A stretch of 64,000 bases of DNA from Candidatus Nomurabacteria bacterium (GTDB taxonomy: Bacteria; Patescibacteriota; Patescibacteriia; HK-STAS-PATE-3), in NCBI GenBank assembly GCA_023898465.1, contig CP060223.1:768001-832000 (forward strand), written 5' to 3'. The notes under the pieces are model-generated. The model ran no database searches. It saw only the letters and a list, made by a program, of their open reading frames with translations, and had not been told where the DNA came from. The position numbers and the translations under genes are program-made. Of this stretch, positions 48,865 to 59,908 are shown piece by piece (the stretch's first letter is position 1; each line of letters starts with the position of its first letter).

Positions 48865-49563
48865 ATGTCCAAGCCACTAATCATTGCCCACCGTGGCGCC
48901 TCAGGCTACGAACCAGAAAATACCCTTCGAGCTTTTCAAAGGGCATTTGCGCTACACGCAGACGGAATCGAGCTTGACGTCCATTGTTGCGGATCTGGGG
49001 AGCTTGTAGTAATCCATGACGCCACACTACAAAGGACTACTGATGGGCACGGCCGGATTGCCAATTGCACGCTCTCAGAGCTGCAAAAACTGGACGCCGG
49101 GGCTAAAGAAAAAATCCCAACTCTCGACAGCGTCTTAAAACACACACCGAGAGGTAGCTTTGTGAATATAGAATTAAAAGGGAAAGGAAGCGGTCGAGCG
49201 CTCGCTCAATTTCTTTTTAAAAAAACAATGCGATCTAAGCTCCTTATTTCTTCTTTTCATTTTTCTGAGCTGAACGACCTACGAGAGCAGGACCCAAAAA
49301 CACCTCTGGGCTTACTATCACTTTCTCCTCTTGGCATTTGGGAAAAAGCAAAGCAGCTCTCGGTAAGCTCAATTAATATCTACCATAGAAATTTAACGCA
49401 TAAAACAGTAGGTCGTGCTCATTCATATGGCTACAAGGTATTTGCCTGGACTGTAAATACACCTCGCGATATTAGAAGGATGCTGCAGCTAAAAGTAGAC
49501 GGGATAATCACAAACTATCCTGATCGCATACAAGAAATAGAAAAACCGCCCGCCTCATCCTGA
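48865..49563 (+). CDS. glycerophosphodiester phosphodiesterase family protein
   Basis: IIAHRGASGYEPENTLRAF...GIELDVH...LVVIHDATLQRTTDGHG. Confidence 0.8.
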   Translation: MSKPLIIAHRGASGYEPENTLRAFQRAFALHADGIELDVHCCGSGELVVIHDATLQRTTDGHGRIANCTLSELQKLDAGAKEKIPTLDSVLKHTPRGSFVNIELKGKGSGRALAQFLFKKTMRSKLLISSFHFSELNDLREQDPKTPLGLLSLSPLGIWEKAKQLSVSSINIYHRNLTHKTVGRAHSYGYKVFAWTVNTPRDIRRMLQLKVDGIITNYPDRIQEIEKPPASS

Positions 49564-49593
49564 TACAAGTTCAGGACAAGACGAGCGGTGATA

Positions 49594-49803
49594 TCAGCGA
49601 CGCGAGATGCGCACGTCGACCTGCTCGATGAGCACACCAATGCAGAAGAGAGCAAACAAGCCGACACAAAGCACGAGAAGGGCGTCGCATCCAGGCTCAG
49701 GTCCACCCATCTCCACCGAGGAGACGTAGACCTGATGGGCCGAGTACACGACGTACCCAAGACCCAGGAGAAGAAAGGTGCGGTACAGAATCTTCTTGAT
49801 CAT
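49594..49803 (-). CDS. small two-helix membrane protein, GC-rich islet next to 16S
   Basis: 69 aa, about 58% GC, hydrophobic helices. Confidence 0.35.
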   Translation of the reverse strand: MIKKILYRTFLLLGLGYVVYSAHQVYVSSVEMGGPEPGCDALLVLCVGLFALFCIGVLIEQVDVRISRR

Positions 49804-49812
49804 CTCACCTCC

Positions 49813-50211
49813 CTAAGGTGTAGCGGTTCGACGTCGTTGTAGCCACAGGATGGGCTGCATCCACAGCCAGCCGAAGAGGAACCAGCCAACAGCCAACCAG
49901 AAGATGAAGACAGCTGGAGGCCAGAAGTATGGAGCGAATGCGTACGTTAGCATCACGTCATTTGCTGCAGATGGGAATGCTTCCTCACCTACAGCATAGC
50001 GCTCAGCCGCCTCGTCTCCGTAGCGGTCGCGAACCTTGTCCATGACCTCAGCGGAAAACTGCGACGCAGTGAGGCTCGCTGCCTCCTGCACACACTCATG
50101 ATGCACGCGGTACGCATACATCGCGGACGGGATCGCCACCAGAATCGCGGCAATCACGTACCAAACACGCAAAGCAGTCCACTTTCGCATCTCGTCCTCC
50201 CATATTGCCAA
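49813..50211 (-). CDS. small membrane protein, GC-rich islet next to 16S
   Basis: 132 aa, two or three TM helices, Trp-rich; about 58% GC. Confidence 0.4.
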   Translation of the reverse strand: MAIWEDEMRKWTALRVWYVIAAILVAIPSAMYAYRVHHECVQEAASLTASQFSAEVMDKVRDRYGDEAAERYAVGEEAFPSAANDVMLTYAFAPYFWPPAVFIFWLAVGWFLFGWLWMQPILWLQRRRTATP

Positions 50212-50556
50212 GGTACAAAACTAACGTAAGAAGGTATCACTTTACGCGACTTTTGTCAATGCAAACACAGCCCGGGAGACATACTCCAAGGCTGTGTTAC
50301 CTGCTAACAGCTCAAACGTGATCAGTACAACGAATCGACTAACTACTTCGTCATAAATGTCCTCTTCTTTGAAGAAGGACGACGAAGGGTAGTTTACTAC
50401 CATCTGATGCTGAGCAACTGCCTATCACTCGGACAATCAATTGATTTGCCCGAATGGGCAGTCGGACAGACATCACGACCTACTAGGTCTCACATACTGC
50501 ACGATAGTGCAAATATATGTAGAGCCATCGTACCTTACGGCACGAAGATTCTCCCT

Positions 50557-52040
<1,484 letters not shown>

Positions 52041-52341
52041 TAAAGATTTTTTATTACCGCATCCGAAGATGAGGCACCAGAAAGATCTTCAAAACTGGTA
52101 TGGAATCATTATTGGGATTCATGTGTACCGATCACGCTCGAACTGTCAACGATCTGAACTATTTTTTCTTATCTTTATGGGGCGTCCGAGCGTGAGCGGC
52201 GCATCCCCATCAGAGTGAAGAAAAAACAGTGGAATCCGATTCGAAAATCAGACGCTACTGTTTTTCCTTACACCGTCCTGCTAGTTGTTAGGGCAGAGGG
52301 TATGTGAAGGCTTGTTTCCAGCTAATCGTAAGAGCATGCAC

Positions 52342-52370
52342 ATTGTAATGGTACTCTGAAAACTTGTCAA
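52342..52370 (-). promoter_or_regulatory. consensus sigma70 promoter (TTGACA-17-TACAAT) about 300 nt upstream of the 16S 5' end
   Basis: Minus strand reads TTGACAAGTTTTCAGAGTACCATTACAAT. Confidence 0.5.
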
Positions 52371-52473
52371 GGAGGAAGGCAGATAGTCAAACTTGCTAAA
52401 AAGCCATAAAAAGCTTAGGTTTTAGATAGATCATTTGTAACTACCAATCATCATGAGAGAACGAGGGGGAGAC

Positions 52474-53211
52474 ATGTCCCGAGAAGTAGCCCGTACAGAG
52501 TCGAAAGAATACCCACCAGATCGCAATGGCAACATCATCCGAGAGGAGGTCAGCGAGCTGGCTGGCGGTGCCGTGCATCGTGAAGGCGGCATTGAAGAGG
52601 GTCCAGAAGCTGGACGCCGATGGAGCAAGTGGGATGAGAAGGAAGCGCGTCCGATCCCGGATGCACCAGCTGAGCTTCCGCTCTGGTATACCAGCGACCC
52701 GACGCAAATCAATGAGCTGCGGGCTCGGCGCTACGGCTTCATCACAGAAGCGTCGGAAAACGGTGGAGGTCCGTTAGCCGGCGACGCCTGGCTGCATGCC
52801 GAAGCTGACGTTGAAGTACTGCCAGTAGACCCTTTCTCGGCTGAGGCTCTCGAGCGAATGAGGGAGCTGAGCGCTGAGAAGCCTACACTCGTGATACAGG
52901 ATGCCGACTTCGCAACTACCTACCGTCGGCATGAGCATGAGGGTCAAATCCGAATCGAGATCACTCGAGTTCATGACAACGGCACCAAGTTCACACGCGG
53001 CGAACACATAACTGGAGACCGCAAAGGTTCCGGCTGGATCACGCGTGAAGCCCCAGTCGACACACAGATTGTCGACGGCCTCGAACTTCAAACCGATGAC
53101 GGCAGTCGAATCAATAGCCTCCAGGTCAAGAAATCGACTTTCAACTTCGGTACAGGGTCGCAGAACCGTCTCTACGTGGAATTCGTTGGGCGTCGGGAAA
53201 GCGAAAGCTAG
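52474..53211 (+). CDS. hypothetical acidic protein, GC-rich islet on the other side of the 16S
   Basis: About 60% GC; GAGGGGGAG Shine-Dalgarno before the ATG at 52474 (ORF open from 52453); no motif recognised. Confidence 0.4.
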   Translation: MSREVARTESKEYPPDRNGNIIREEVSELAGGAVHREGGIEEGPEAGRRWSKWDEKEARPIPDAPAELPLWYTSDPTQINELRARRYGFITEASENGGGPLAGDAWLHAEADVEVLPVDPFSAEALERMRELSAEKPTLVIQDADFATTYRRHEHEGQIRIEITRVHDNGTKFTRGEHITGDRKGSGWITREAPVDTQIVDGLELQTDDGSRINSLQVKKSTFNFGTGSQNRLYVEFVGRRESES

Positions 53212-53261
53212 CCCACGCACCTACGCATGAACAAAAGCCCTTGCATCACTGCTGGGGCTTT

Positions 53262-54032
53262 TCACTTGGCGGGAGAATTCTGTTTTTTGCCCACTAGCCT
53301 ATCCCCCAACTTATCCCAGTTCACCTTGAGCATGAGATAAACTGCCAACACGGAAAGTACAAGAGTGAGGACATTCGAGACAAGATTCGACTGATTTGAC
53401 CCGGCCACGGCTGAGGCTATATTAGTGTACTTACCAAAGGCAGCTAATCCGATAGTAATAACCATTTTACCGAGAGCAACCGGTATAAGCATGCGGATAA
53501 ATCCATAGCGCAAAAAACCAAGCGGCACGATAAAGATGTCGTCTGGAATTGGCGTTGCACCAATCAAGAAAAGTACGATGTAGACATACCAGCGCTTATG
53601 CTCGATCAAGCGCTTCAATACATCCAGATTTTTTTTGTACACATCATTCGTCAACTTCTGACCAAAGTAACCCAGGAAGTAGGAGGAACCTTCTCCTAAA
53701 CCAGCTCCAACCCCGGCAATAATTCCAAGGAGGAGAGGATTAATATCAGCCGCCGCAATTAGCACGATAACCACCGTATATGGTATCGGCACCACAATGG
53801 AGAAATTAGCTAAGAACGAAATGAGAAAGCCGCCTATGTAGCCCTGCGTTGCGCTAAGCGAAATCAACCAATCCCAAAAACGATTAAGTCCGTCACGGAC
53901 TGCTGGCACTCCGGTTACTAACCAAATGTAGGCGGCAATAACCAGCAGGGTGATAACGAGGAAGCGTTCTTCTTTACCAAATCGTACTCTCATATGCTTG
54001 AGGGATGTTTCCGATACTGCTTTTTTCGCCAA
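53262..54032 (-). CDS. DedA/SNARE-associated (TVP38/TMEM64) family membrane protein
   Basis: Multi-TM with the DedA signature region GKMVITIGLAAFGKY...; 256 aa. Confidence 0.65.
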   Translation of the reverse strand: MAKKAVSETSLKHMRVRFGKEERFLVITLLVIAAYIWLVTGVPAVRDGLNRFWDWLISLSATQGYIGGFLISFLANFSIVVPIPYTVVIVLIAAADINPLLLGIIAGVGAGLGEGSSYFLGYFGQKLTNDVYKKNLDVLKRLIEHKRWYVYIVLFLIGATPIPDDIFIVPLGFLRYGFIRMLIPVALGKMVITIGLAAFGKYTNIASAVAGSNQSNLVSNVLTLVLSVLAVYLMLKVNWDKLGDRLVGKKQNSPAK

Positions 54033-54664
54033 GCCGCAATATCAGCATGGTTTCCGGTGAGTAATTCTTTTGGCACGCGCTTGCCTTTATACACTTCCGG
54101 TCGAGTATACTGCGGGTACTCAATCTGATCTGGACTATGAGAAAAAGTTTCATCAACTGAGGAGGCGTCATCACCTAAAACACCAGGGAGAAGTCGAGTG
54201 ACCGCATCAATAACCACCATTGCCCCAAGCTCTCCTCCGGTTAAGACGTAGGGCCCGATAGAAATTTGCTGATTTACTAGGCTACGAATTCGCTCATCAA
54301 AACCTTCGTAACGACCAGAGACAAGTATGAGCTGATCCAGTTGTGCGAGCTCTCGCGCTTTTGCCTGGGTGAGAAATTGCCCTTGAGGTGAAAGCAGGAT
54401 CACCTGCTTCTTCTTTGTACGAGGAGGAAGTGTCCGCCCGGCCACTTTGCGAAGCGCCCGATCAATCGGCTCTACCTTCATGAGCATACCAGGGCCACCG
54501 CCATAGGGCTTATCATCCGTAGTGTGGTGCTTATCTGTTGCGTAGTCGCGGATGTTATGCACGCGAAGATCCAGCAGTTTTTTCTGCTGCGCCCGCTTCA
54601 ATATGCTTTCGTTACAATAATCCGACACCATGTTCGGAAAAATCGTCAGTACATCAATACGCAT
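53990..54664 (-). CDS. trmD: tRNA (guanine37-N1)-methyltransferase
   Basis: MRIDVLTIFPNM...YATDKHHTTDDKPYGGGPGMLMKVEPI...GGELGAMVVIDAV. Confidence 0.9.
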   Translation of the reverse strand: MRIDVLTIFPNMVSDYCNESILKRAQQKKLLDLRVHNIRDYATDKHHTTDDKPYGGGPGMLMKVEPIDRALRKVAGRTLPPRTKKKQVILLSPQGQFLTQAKARELAQLDQLILVSGRYEGFDERIRSLVNQQISIGPYVLTGGELGAMVVIDAVTRLLPGVLGDDASSVDETFSHSPDQIEYPQYTRPEVYKGKRVPKELLTGNHADIAAWRKKQYRKHPSSI

Positions 54665-54736
54665 GGGCCTATTGTAGCGCGAAGTGGCCTATCCTTCCAG
54701 TTGACATAAAGGCAATTCTCCAGTACCTCTAGAATT

Positions 54737-55090
54737 ATGTCACAACGATTCTTTCGCACCCTAATACTCAGTCTAGCCGGTCTAGCCCTGCCCAGCCTCG
54801 TCTTTGCTCAGGACTTCCCTGATATCGGCTCGCAAATTGGTTTAGGTGGTGCCGACCCACAAACTGTTATCGTAAATATCATCCAAACCCTCCTTGGCTT
54901 TGCTAGCCTGGTGGCACTGGTCTTTGTTATCTTAGGTGGTTTCCAATGGATGTTGTCTGCCGGGAATGATGAAAAAATTGCCCGGGCAAAGAAAACCATT
55001 AGCGCGGCAATTATCGGAATTATTATTGTGCTGATCTCTTGGGCAATAGTGCAGTTTGTCATCAACACTGTTCTAGAGGTAACGCAATAG
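54737..55090 (+). CDS. TrbC/VirB2-like pilin-type small membrane protein (signal peptide plus two TM helices)
   Basis: Signal peptide ...LVFA/QD; GGADPQTVIVNIIQTLLGFASLVALVFVILGGFQWMLSAGNDEKIARAKKTISAAIIGIIIVL is typical of VirB2/TrbC-like pilins common in Patescibacteria. Confidence 0.55.
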   Translation: MSQRFFRTLILSLAGLALPSLVFAQDFPDIGSQIGLGGADPQTVIVNIIQTLLGFASLVALVFVILGGFQWMLSAGNDEKIARAKKTISAAIIGIIIVLISWAIVQFVINTVLEVTQ

Positions 55091-55179
55091 CCAATAAGTA
55101 GCAAGGAGCAAGGATTGCTTCTAAAAAACTCATAACAAAAACCCCAGGTCATGACACGCTGGAGTTTTTGTTTTGTTGA

Positions 55180-55533
55180 CTAGAGTTTCAGGTCGTCAAC
55201 CGCACTGGTGTCTTCCGCCATCGGTGCGCTGTCCTCTTCATGTGAAGGGGCCTGACGCATACGATCGCTCTTTCGGAAGCCTTCTGGCTCGAAAATCTTC
55301 AGGTTGACCCGGGCGTGATTCTTTGCCCCGACAACGCGAAGTAGCGTGCGGACTGATTTTGCGGTCTGACCGTTGCGGCCAATTACTTGGCCAAGGTCCT
55401 GAGGATTTACCTTGAGCGTAATCAAAACACCCATCTCATCGACGGTACGCTCAGTGGTAACGTCCTCTGGACGATCCACAATCGATTTGACCACGAACTC
55501 GACAAACTCCTGATCGCTGTGCTGTTCTGCCAT
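55180..55533 (-). CDS. KH-domain RNA-binding protein (KhpA/YlqC-like) with C-terminal extension
   Basis: KH GxxG loop VIGRNGQTAKSVRTLLRVVGAKN; position between rpsP and trmD. Confidence 0.7.
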   Translation of the reverse strand: MAEQHSDQEFVEFVVKSIVDRPEDVTTERTVDEMGVLITLKVNPQDLGQVIGRNGQTAKSVRTLLRVVGAKNHARVNLKIFEPEGFRKSDRMRQAPSHEEDSAPMAEDTSAVDDLKL

Positions 55534-55686
55534 AGATACAGTCCTGTGGTTACTACAGATGCCAGCGGTCGACCTTTCCGTCCGCCCTCACCCTCTAGGA
55601 ACGAGCAGAGGAATCCAGGCTGGCGTGTTCGAGTGTACAAAAAATAGCCCGGTGCTGTCAATACGTCCCAAGCATTTTTTAACTAC

Positions 55687-56118
55687 TTATTCGGCTTTTG
55701 GCTCTGCCTCAGCTGGCGCTTCTTCCTTTGTTTCAGCTGCCTCTGGCTTGGCTGCTTCCTCGGCTGGAGCTTCTGTAGCTTCCTTTGGAGCTTCGGCTGG
55801 GGTCTCGGCTGGCTTTTCGCTAGCTGCTTCAGCCTCGGCGCCCTTCTTCTTGATTGCGCCCTTGCGTCGCTTCTCGCCCTTAATCACGCCTTGATTTATC
55901 AAGAGGTTATGGACGGTATTTGAGCACTGGGCACCCTGGGAAATCCAATATTGGACCCGTTCGGTATTTACCTGAACGGTTGAGGGCTCGGTATGAGGGT
56001 TATAATTGCCCAAAAGCTCTAAATAACGGGCTTTTGGATCGCGCGCCTTTTCGGAAATAACAATCCGATAGGTTGGTTTCTTGCGCTTTCCGAATCTGGA
56101 TAGTCGAATCATTAACAT
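55687..56118 (-). CDS. rpsP: 30S ribosomal protein S16 with about 65-aa Ala/Glu/Pro/Lys-rich C-terminal extension
   Basis: MLMIRLSRFGKRKKPTYRIVISEKARDPKARYLELLGNYNPHT; tail AEAEAASEKPAETPAEAPKEATEAPAEEAAKPEAAETKEEAPAEAEPKAE. Start chosen at the internal Met. Confidence 0.85.
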   Translation of the reverse strand: MLMIRLSRFGKRKKPTYRIVISEKARDPKARYLELLGNYNPHTEPSTVQVNTERVQYWISQGAQCSNTVHNLLINQGVIKGEKRRKGAIKKKGAEAEAASEKPAETPAEAPKEATEAPAEEAAKPEAAETKEEAPAEAEPKAE

Positions 56119-56365
56119 ACCAGCATATAGTACGGAAATCTCGGAAAGTGTCAAGTGGGTGGCTAAATACTAAGCACAAAATACGAAATACTAAACAAGC
56201 ACGAAATGCAAATTGATACATACTGGGAAATATTTAGAAATAAGGAAGCTTCAATTTGTTTCGAACTTCGTACTTCGGATTTCTAATTTTCTAAATGAAA
56301 TGCTACACTATTCCTTGTCCCATCCTTATTATTAGCGCTGCTACGCGACTAGACTCCGAAACGTC

Positions 56366-59062
56366 ATGTACCTCCAGAAGCTCGAGATCCAAGGCTTTAA
56401 GTCATTCGCAAAAAAAGTAGACTTCGACTTCACTCGGGGGATCGCCGCAATTGTCGGACCAAACGGTTCAGGCAAATCAAATGTGGCTGATGCCGTGCGT
56501 TGGGTGATGGGCGAACAGAGCATGAAAGTGCTACGCGGCAAACGGGCCGACGACGTTATTTTCTCTGGATCGGACAAGAAAGGCCGCCTCGGTATGGCCG
56601 AGGTAAGCCTGGTTTTTAATAACGAAGATGGAACCATGCCCATCGACTTCGCTGAAGTCGCTATCACCCGCCGTGTCTATCGTAACGGCGAAGGTGAGTA
56701 TTTTGTAAATAAACAACCTGCTCGACTGGCTGACATTATACTCATGTTGGCAAAATCTAATGTGGGACAAAAAGCCTACTCCGTCATTGGTCAGGGCATG
56801 ATCGACCAAGTGCTCATTGCTACACCACAGGAACGTAAAACCTTCTTTGACGAAGCTGCCGGCGTCCGACAATTTCAAATCAAGCGAGAGCAGGCTGAGA
56901 ATAAACTAAAGGCAACGCGATCAAACCTCGCCCAAGCCGAGCTCCTCATGCAGGAGGTTGAGCCGCGTTTGCGCACTCTGACCCGCCAAGTCCGCCGACT
57001 GGAGCGCCGACAAGAGGTAGAACAGGAACTGCGCGCCCTGCAGGAAGCCTACTATAGCCAGGTCTGGGCCGATTTGAGTGAACGACATGCGACGGAAAAG
57101 AAACACTATGATGAGTTAGAGGCTGAGCAGCATAAAGCCGCCAAAGAACTGGAACACATCCAGCGAGAACTCGAAGCGATTGAGCAAGAGCGCGGCCAAG
57201 ACGATGCCTTCCGAGAACTGCAACAGCAATACAGTCGCCTCTTGGATGAAAAAAACGCGCTAATGAAGGAACAGGCCGTCCTGCGTGGCCGCCAAGAACT
57301 CGAAGCGAGTCAACAGGGCCAATACGATGTTGTCTGGTTGAAGAATAGAAAAGAGGAATTAGAGCGTACGATCAAGGAAATTGATGAAGAGTTAGAACAA
57401 CTCAGTACGCAGCTCGCTAAAGAACAAGCGCATTTTGAACAGCAATCGCTTGAGCGGGATAAAGTCGTGCAAGAGTTTGAAAGCATCGAGGCAAAGCTTG
57501 TTCAGGCCTCGAGCGAACTGCGCAATGAAAAATCCTTTGATGCTGGCAAGTTTCAAAAAACCCTCTCGACAACCAAGGCTGCCTACGAGGAGCTCCTTAG
57601 CGCACTCAACAGCCTAGAATCCTTAGAGCAACTGCCGAAGTTAAAGAGTCAGGCAGCAAAAATTGATGCGGATCTGGCTGAAATGCTCGATAGTATCAAC
57701 CAAGAAGAGAAAGCTGATCACTCTCAAATCGTGCTTGAGCTGCAGGCTAAGCTCACTCAGTTCATGAAGACAAAAGACAGTCTGGTCAATGAGCTGCACG
57801 CGTTGGAGAATAAAACGAACCAGCTGAAGGAGAAACACGCAGCGCTCAAGCACTATCGCGATCGCCTCCAAGGTGAGTTGGACAAAGTGCTGCGCGAACT
57901 CACTCGCGCCAACATCAAGCCAGAAGACAAAGGTAAGGCTGATTCGCTTTTCCGCAAAGAAGACGCTGAACTAGAAAAGAAAGTGAACGAACTTGATGAG
58001 CGACTGAAGGCGCTCGCCCACGACATCCAGGGCTTTAATAAAAAGGCGCAAGACAAGCGTGAACGGCTCTTCAGCCTACAAAAATCTTTCCGTGAAAGCC
58101 AACAACGACTCAATGCTGAAAATGCAAAGTTAAATGCGATTCAAGTCGAGCTGGCTAAACTCGAAACTCGTCGGAATGACCTGGAGCAAGAGTTTACTGC
58201 TGAGGTGGAAAGCGCGCTCGCCGAAAAGATCAAAAAGGCGACAAGCGAAAAAATCGCTGAGGTAAAGCCGGTCGAATACTATCAAGAAGAAATCCGTCGC
58301 TGCAAGCACTCACTCGAGCTGATTGGCGGTATTGATGAGGCTATTACTCAAGAGTACGAAACTACGAATGAGCGTTTTGAATTCCTGAAGAAACAGTCCG
58401 ATGATTTGCAGGAAGCTATGACGCATTTAGAGCAGGTAATAAGTGAGCTCGATGCGACAATTAAGAAGCAGTTTGATCAATCCTTCGAAAAAATCAATCG
58501 GGAATTCCAACACTACTTCCGAGTCCTTTTTCAGGGCGGTAAAGCTAGTCTCGTACTACGCAAAGAAGAAGTGCTCAAGAAGCTCGACGATGACGAAGAG
58601 GATGAAGATGACGACGACTTTGACGAAGATGAGGATGATGAAGAGGAGGAGCAAGCTCCAAAAATACAACCGAAAGGCGAGCTTGTTATTACAGGTATTG
58701 ATATCAATGCAACCCCTCCTGGCAAAAAACTGCAAAACATTACCATGCTTTCTGGCGGCGAGCGCGCTCTGACCTCGATCGCACTTATTTGCGCCATCAT
58801 GGCTAATAATCCCTCACCATTTGTCTTCCTCGATGAAGTGGATGCTGCCCTAGATGAAGCAAACTCTCAACGTTTTGCAAACATCATTGCCGAACTCAGC
58901 AATAAGACACAGTTTATCGTTGTCTCGCACAACCGCGCTACCATGGAAAAAGCCGCGCTTCTCTACGGTGTCACCATGGGTGACGACGGTATTTCAAAAG
59001 TCCTCTCCGTCAAGATGGAGGAGGCTGAAAAGGTTATCCAGCAACACGGCAACCGTCAATAA
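56366..59062 (+). CDS. smc: SMC-family ATPase, short (898 aa), no recognisable hinge domain, poly-acidic insert
   Basis: SMC N-terminus [42 protein letters not shown]; C-terminus LSGGERALTSIALICAIMANNPSPFVFLDEVDAALDEAN...FIVVSHNRATMEKAALLYGVTM; continuous coiled coil between; insert DDDEEDEDDDDFDEDEDDEEEEQ. Confidence 0.75.
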   Translation: MYLQKLEIQGFKSFAKKVDFDFTRGIAAIVGPNGSGKSNVADAVRWVMGEQSMKVLRGKRADDVIFSGSDKKGRLGMAEVSLVFNNEDGTMPIDFAEVAITRRVYRNGEGEYFVNKQPARLADIILMLAKSNVGQKAYSVIGQGMIDQVLIATPQERKTFFDEAAGVRQFQIKREQAENKLKATRSNLAQAELLMQEVEPRLRTLTRQVRRLERRQEVEQELRALQEAYYSQVWADLSERHATEKKHYDELEAEQHKAAKELEHIQRELEAIEQERGQDDAFRELQQQYSRLLDEKNALMKEQAVLRGRQELEASQQGQYDVVWLKNRKEELERTIKEIDEELEQLSTQLAKEQAHFEQQSLERDKVVQEFESIEAKLVQASSELRNEKSFDAGKFQKTLSTTKAAYEELLSALNSLESLEQLPKLKSQAAKIDADLAEMLDSINQEEKADHSQIVLELQAKLTQFMKTKDSLVNELHALENKTNQLKEKHAALKHYRDRLQGELDKVLRELTRANIKPEDKGKADSLFRKEDAELEKKVNELDERLKALAHDIQGFNKKAQDKRERLFSLQKSFRESQQRLNAENAKLNAIQVELAKLETRRNDLEQEFTAEVESALAEKIKKATSEKIAEVKPVEYYQEEIRRCKHSLELIGGIDEAITQEYETTNERFEFLKKQSDDLQEAMTHLEQVISELDATIKKQFDQSFEKINREFQHYFRVLFQGGKASLVLRKEEVLKKLDDDEEDEDDDDFDEDEDDEEEEQAPKIQPKGELVITGIDINATPPGKKLQNITMLSGGERALTSIALICAIMANNPSPFVFLDEVDAALDEANSQRFANIIAELSNKTQFIVVSHNRATMEKAALLYGVTMGDDGISKVLSVKMEEAEKVIQQHGNRQ

Positions 59063-59136
59063 GTTGACGTTTTAACTTGAGCCTGGTATAGCAATGACAA
59101 GGTTCTTTTTTGTACCCTCAAGGTAAGGAGTTCACC

Positions 59137-59511
59137 TTGATCACTCAAGTGCAAGAACAGATTGACTCCCTGAGTTCAGCTCTAGGGGTCGCGGATGAAG
59201 AGCAGCGTCAAAAGGTGGCGTCGATCGTACGCACCTGCAACGAATGGATGGACCTCATCGAGAGTGGAACCACCAAGGAGAGAGGAGATTCCATCGAGAT
59301 CAGTCTCCAGGGCCTAACCGAGGCCATCACTTGTCTCCGCGCCAGAATCCCGGAACTGGCAAAGAGGTCGAATCGCCGTCCCAGAGCGGTCCGGCTATCT
59401 CGCTTTCTGCGCCTCCGTACTACGAACGGCCAACTGATCGAAGCAATGTACAACGATGTGGCCTGTCTGATCAGACAAGCCAATCTGCCGAGTGCTTCTC
59501 TGGCCGCCTGA
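59137..59511 (+). CDS. small GC-rich hypothetical protein
   Basis: AAGGAG Shine-Dalgarno then TTG at 59137 (ORF open from TTG at 59110); about 57% GC; no motif. Confidence 0.35.
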   Translation: MITQVQEQIDSLSSALGVADEEQRQKVASIVRTCNEWMDLIESGTTKERGDSIEISLQGLTEAITCLRARIPELAKRSNRRPRAVRLSRFLRLRTTNGQLIEAMYNDVACLIRQANLPSASLAA

Positions 59512-59517
59512 AGCATA

Positions 59518-59551
59518 GCGGACATCAGCCATCCTGGTGTCCGCTTTTCTA
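59518..59551 (+). terminator. intrinsic terminator (GCGGACA...TGTCCGC + TTTTCT); a second hairpin at 59561-59591
   Basis: 7-bp stem, 13-nt loop, T-run; the second hairpin is AATGCCA...TGGCATT + TTTTT. Confidence 0.5.
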
Positions 59552-59908
59552 TCCGAAAGAAATGCCACCGCACGAGACGATGGCATTTTTGGGAAACGTA
59601 GACCCGTCCTTGTCTAGGCCCTGACCTGATCGATCAGCCGATGGTAGCTGAGCAACCTCCTGTGAAATCCGCGATCACCTCGCGAAGCTTCCCAGGTGAG
59701 ACCCCTCACAACCTTGTCGTTGCGATCCAGAATGGATCGCGTCCTCCCCGGCGTCATCCCTGACTTTGCCTTGGGCCTAGCGCTATTGGACTTGTTGGGC
59801 ATAGTCCCCAACCCCCATATGCTACCCATCAACCCTATTGTTGATGTTAGTATTAAAATAAACCAATCTTAGGAATTGGTAAAGTATTCACTTCCCACAG
59901 GAAAACGC

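Noticed and set aside
56341-58800. Antisense or alternate-frame ORFs within the smc gene (for example 56531-56878, 58443-58772, and the poly-Ser ORF 58531-58800)
   Set aside because: The poly-Ser/Lys ORFs are the out-of-frame reading of the GAT/GAA-rich acidic insert; no independent support.
59614-59832. 72-aa basic ORF on the minus strand after the terminators
   Set aside because: No RBS or motif, and it lies in the tail of a GC-rich islet where random ORFs are long. It is kept only as a remote possibility.
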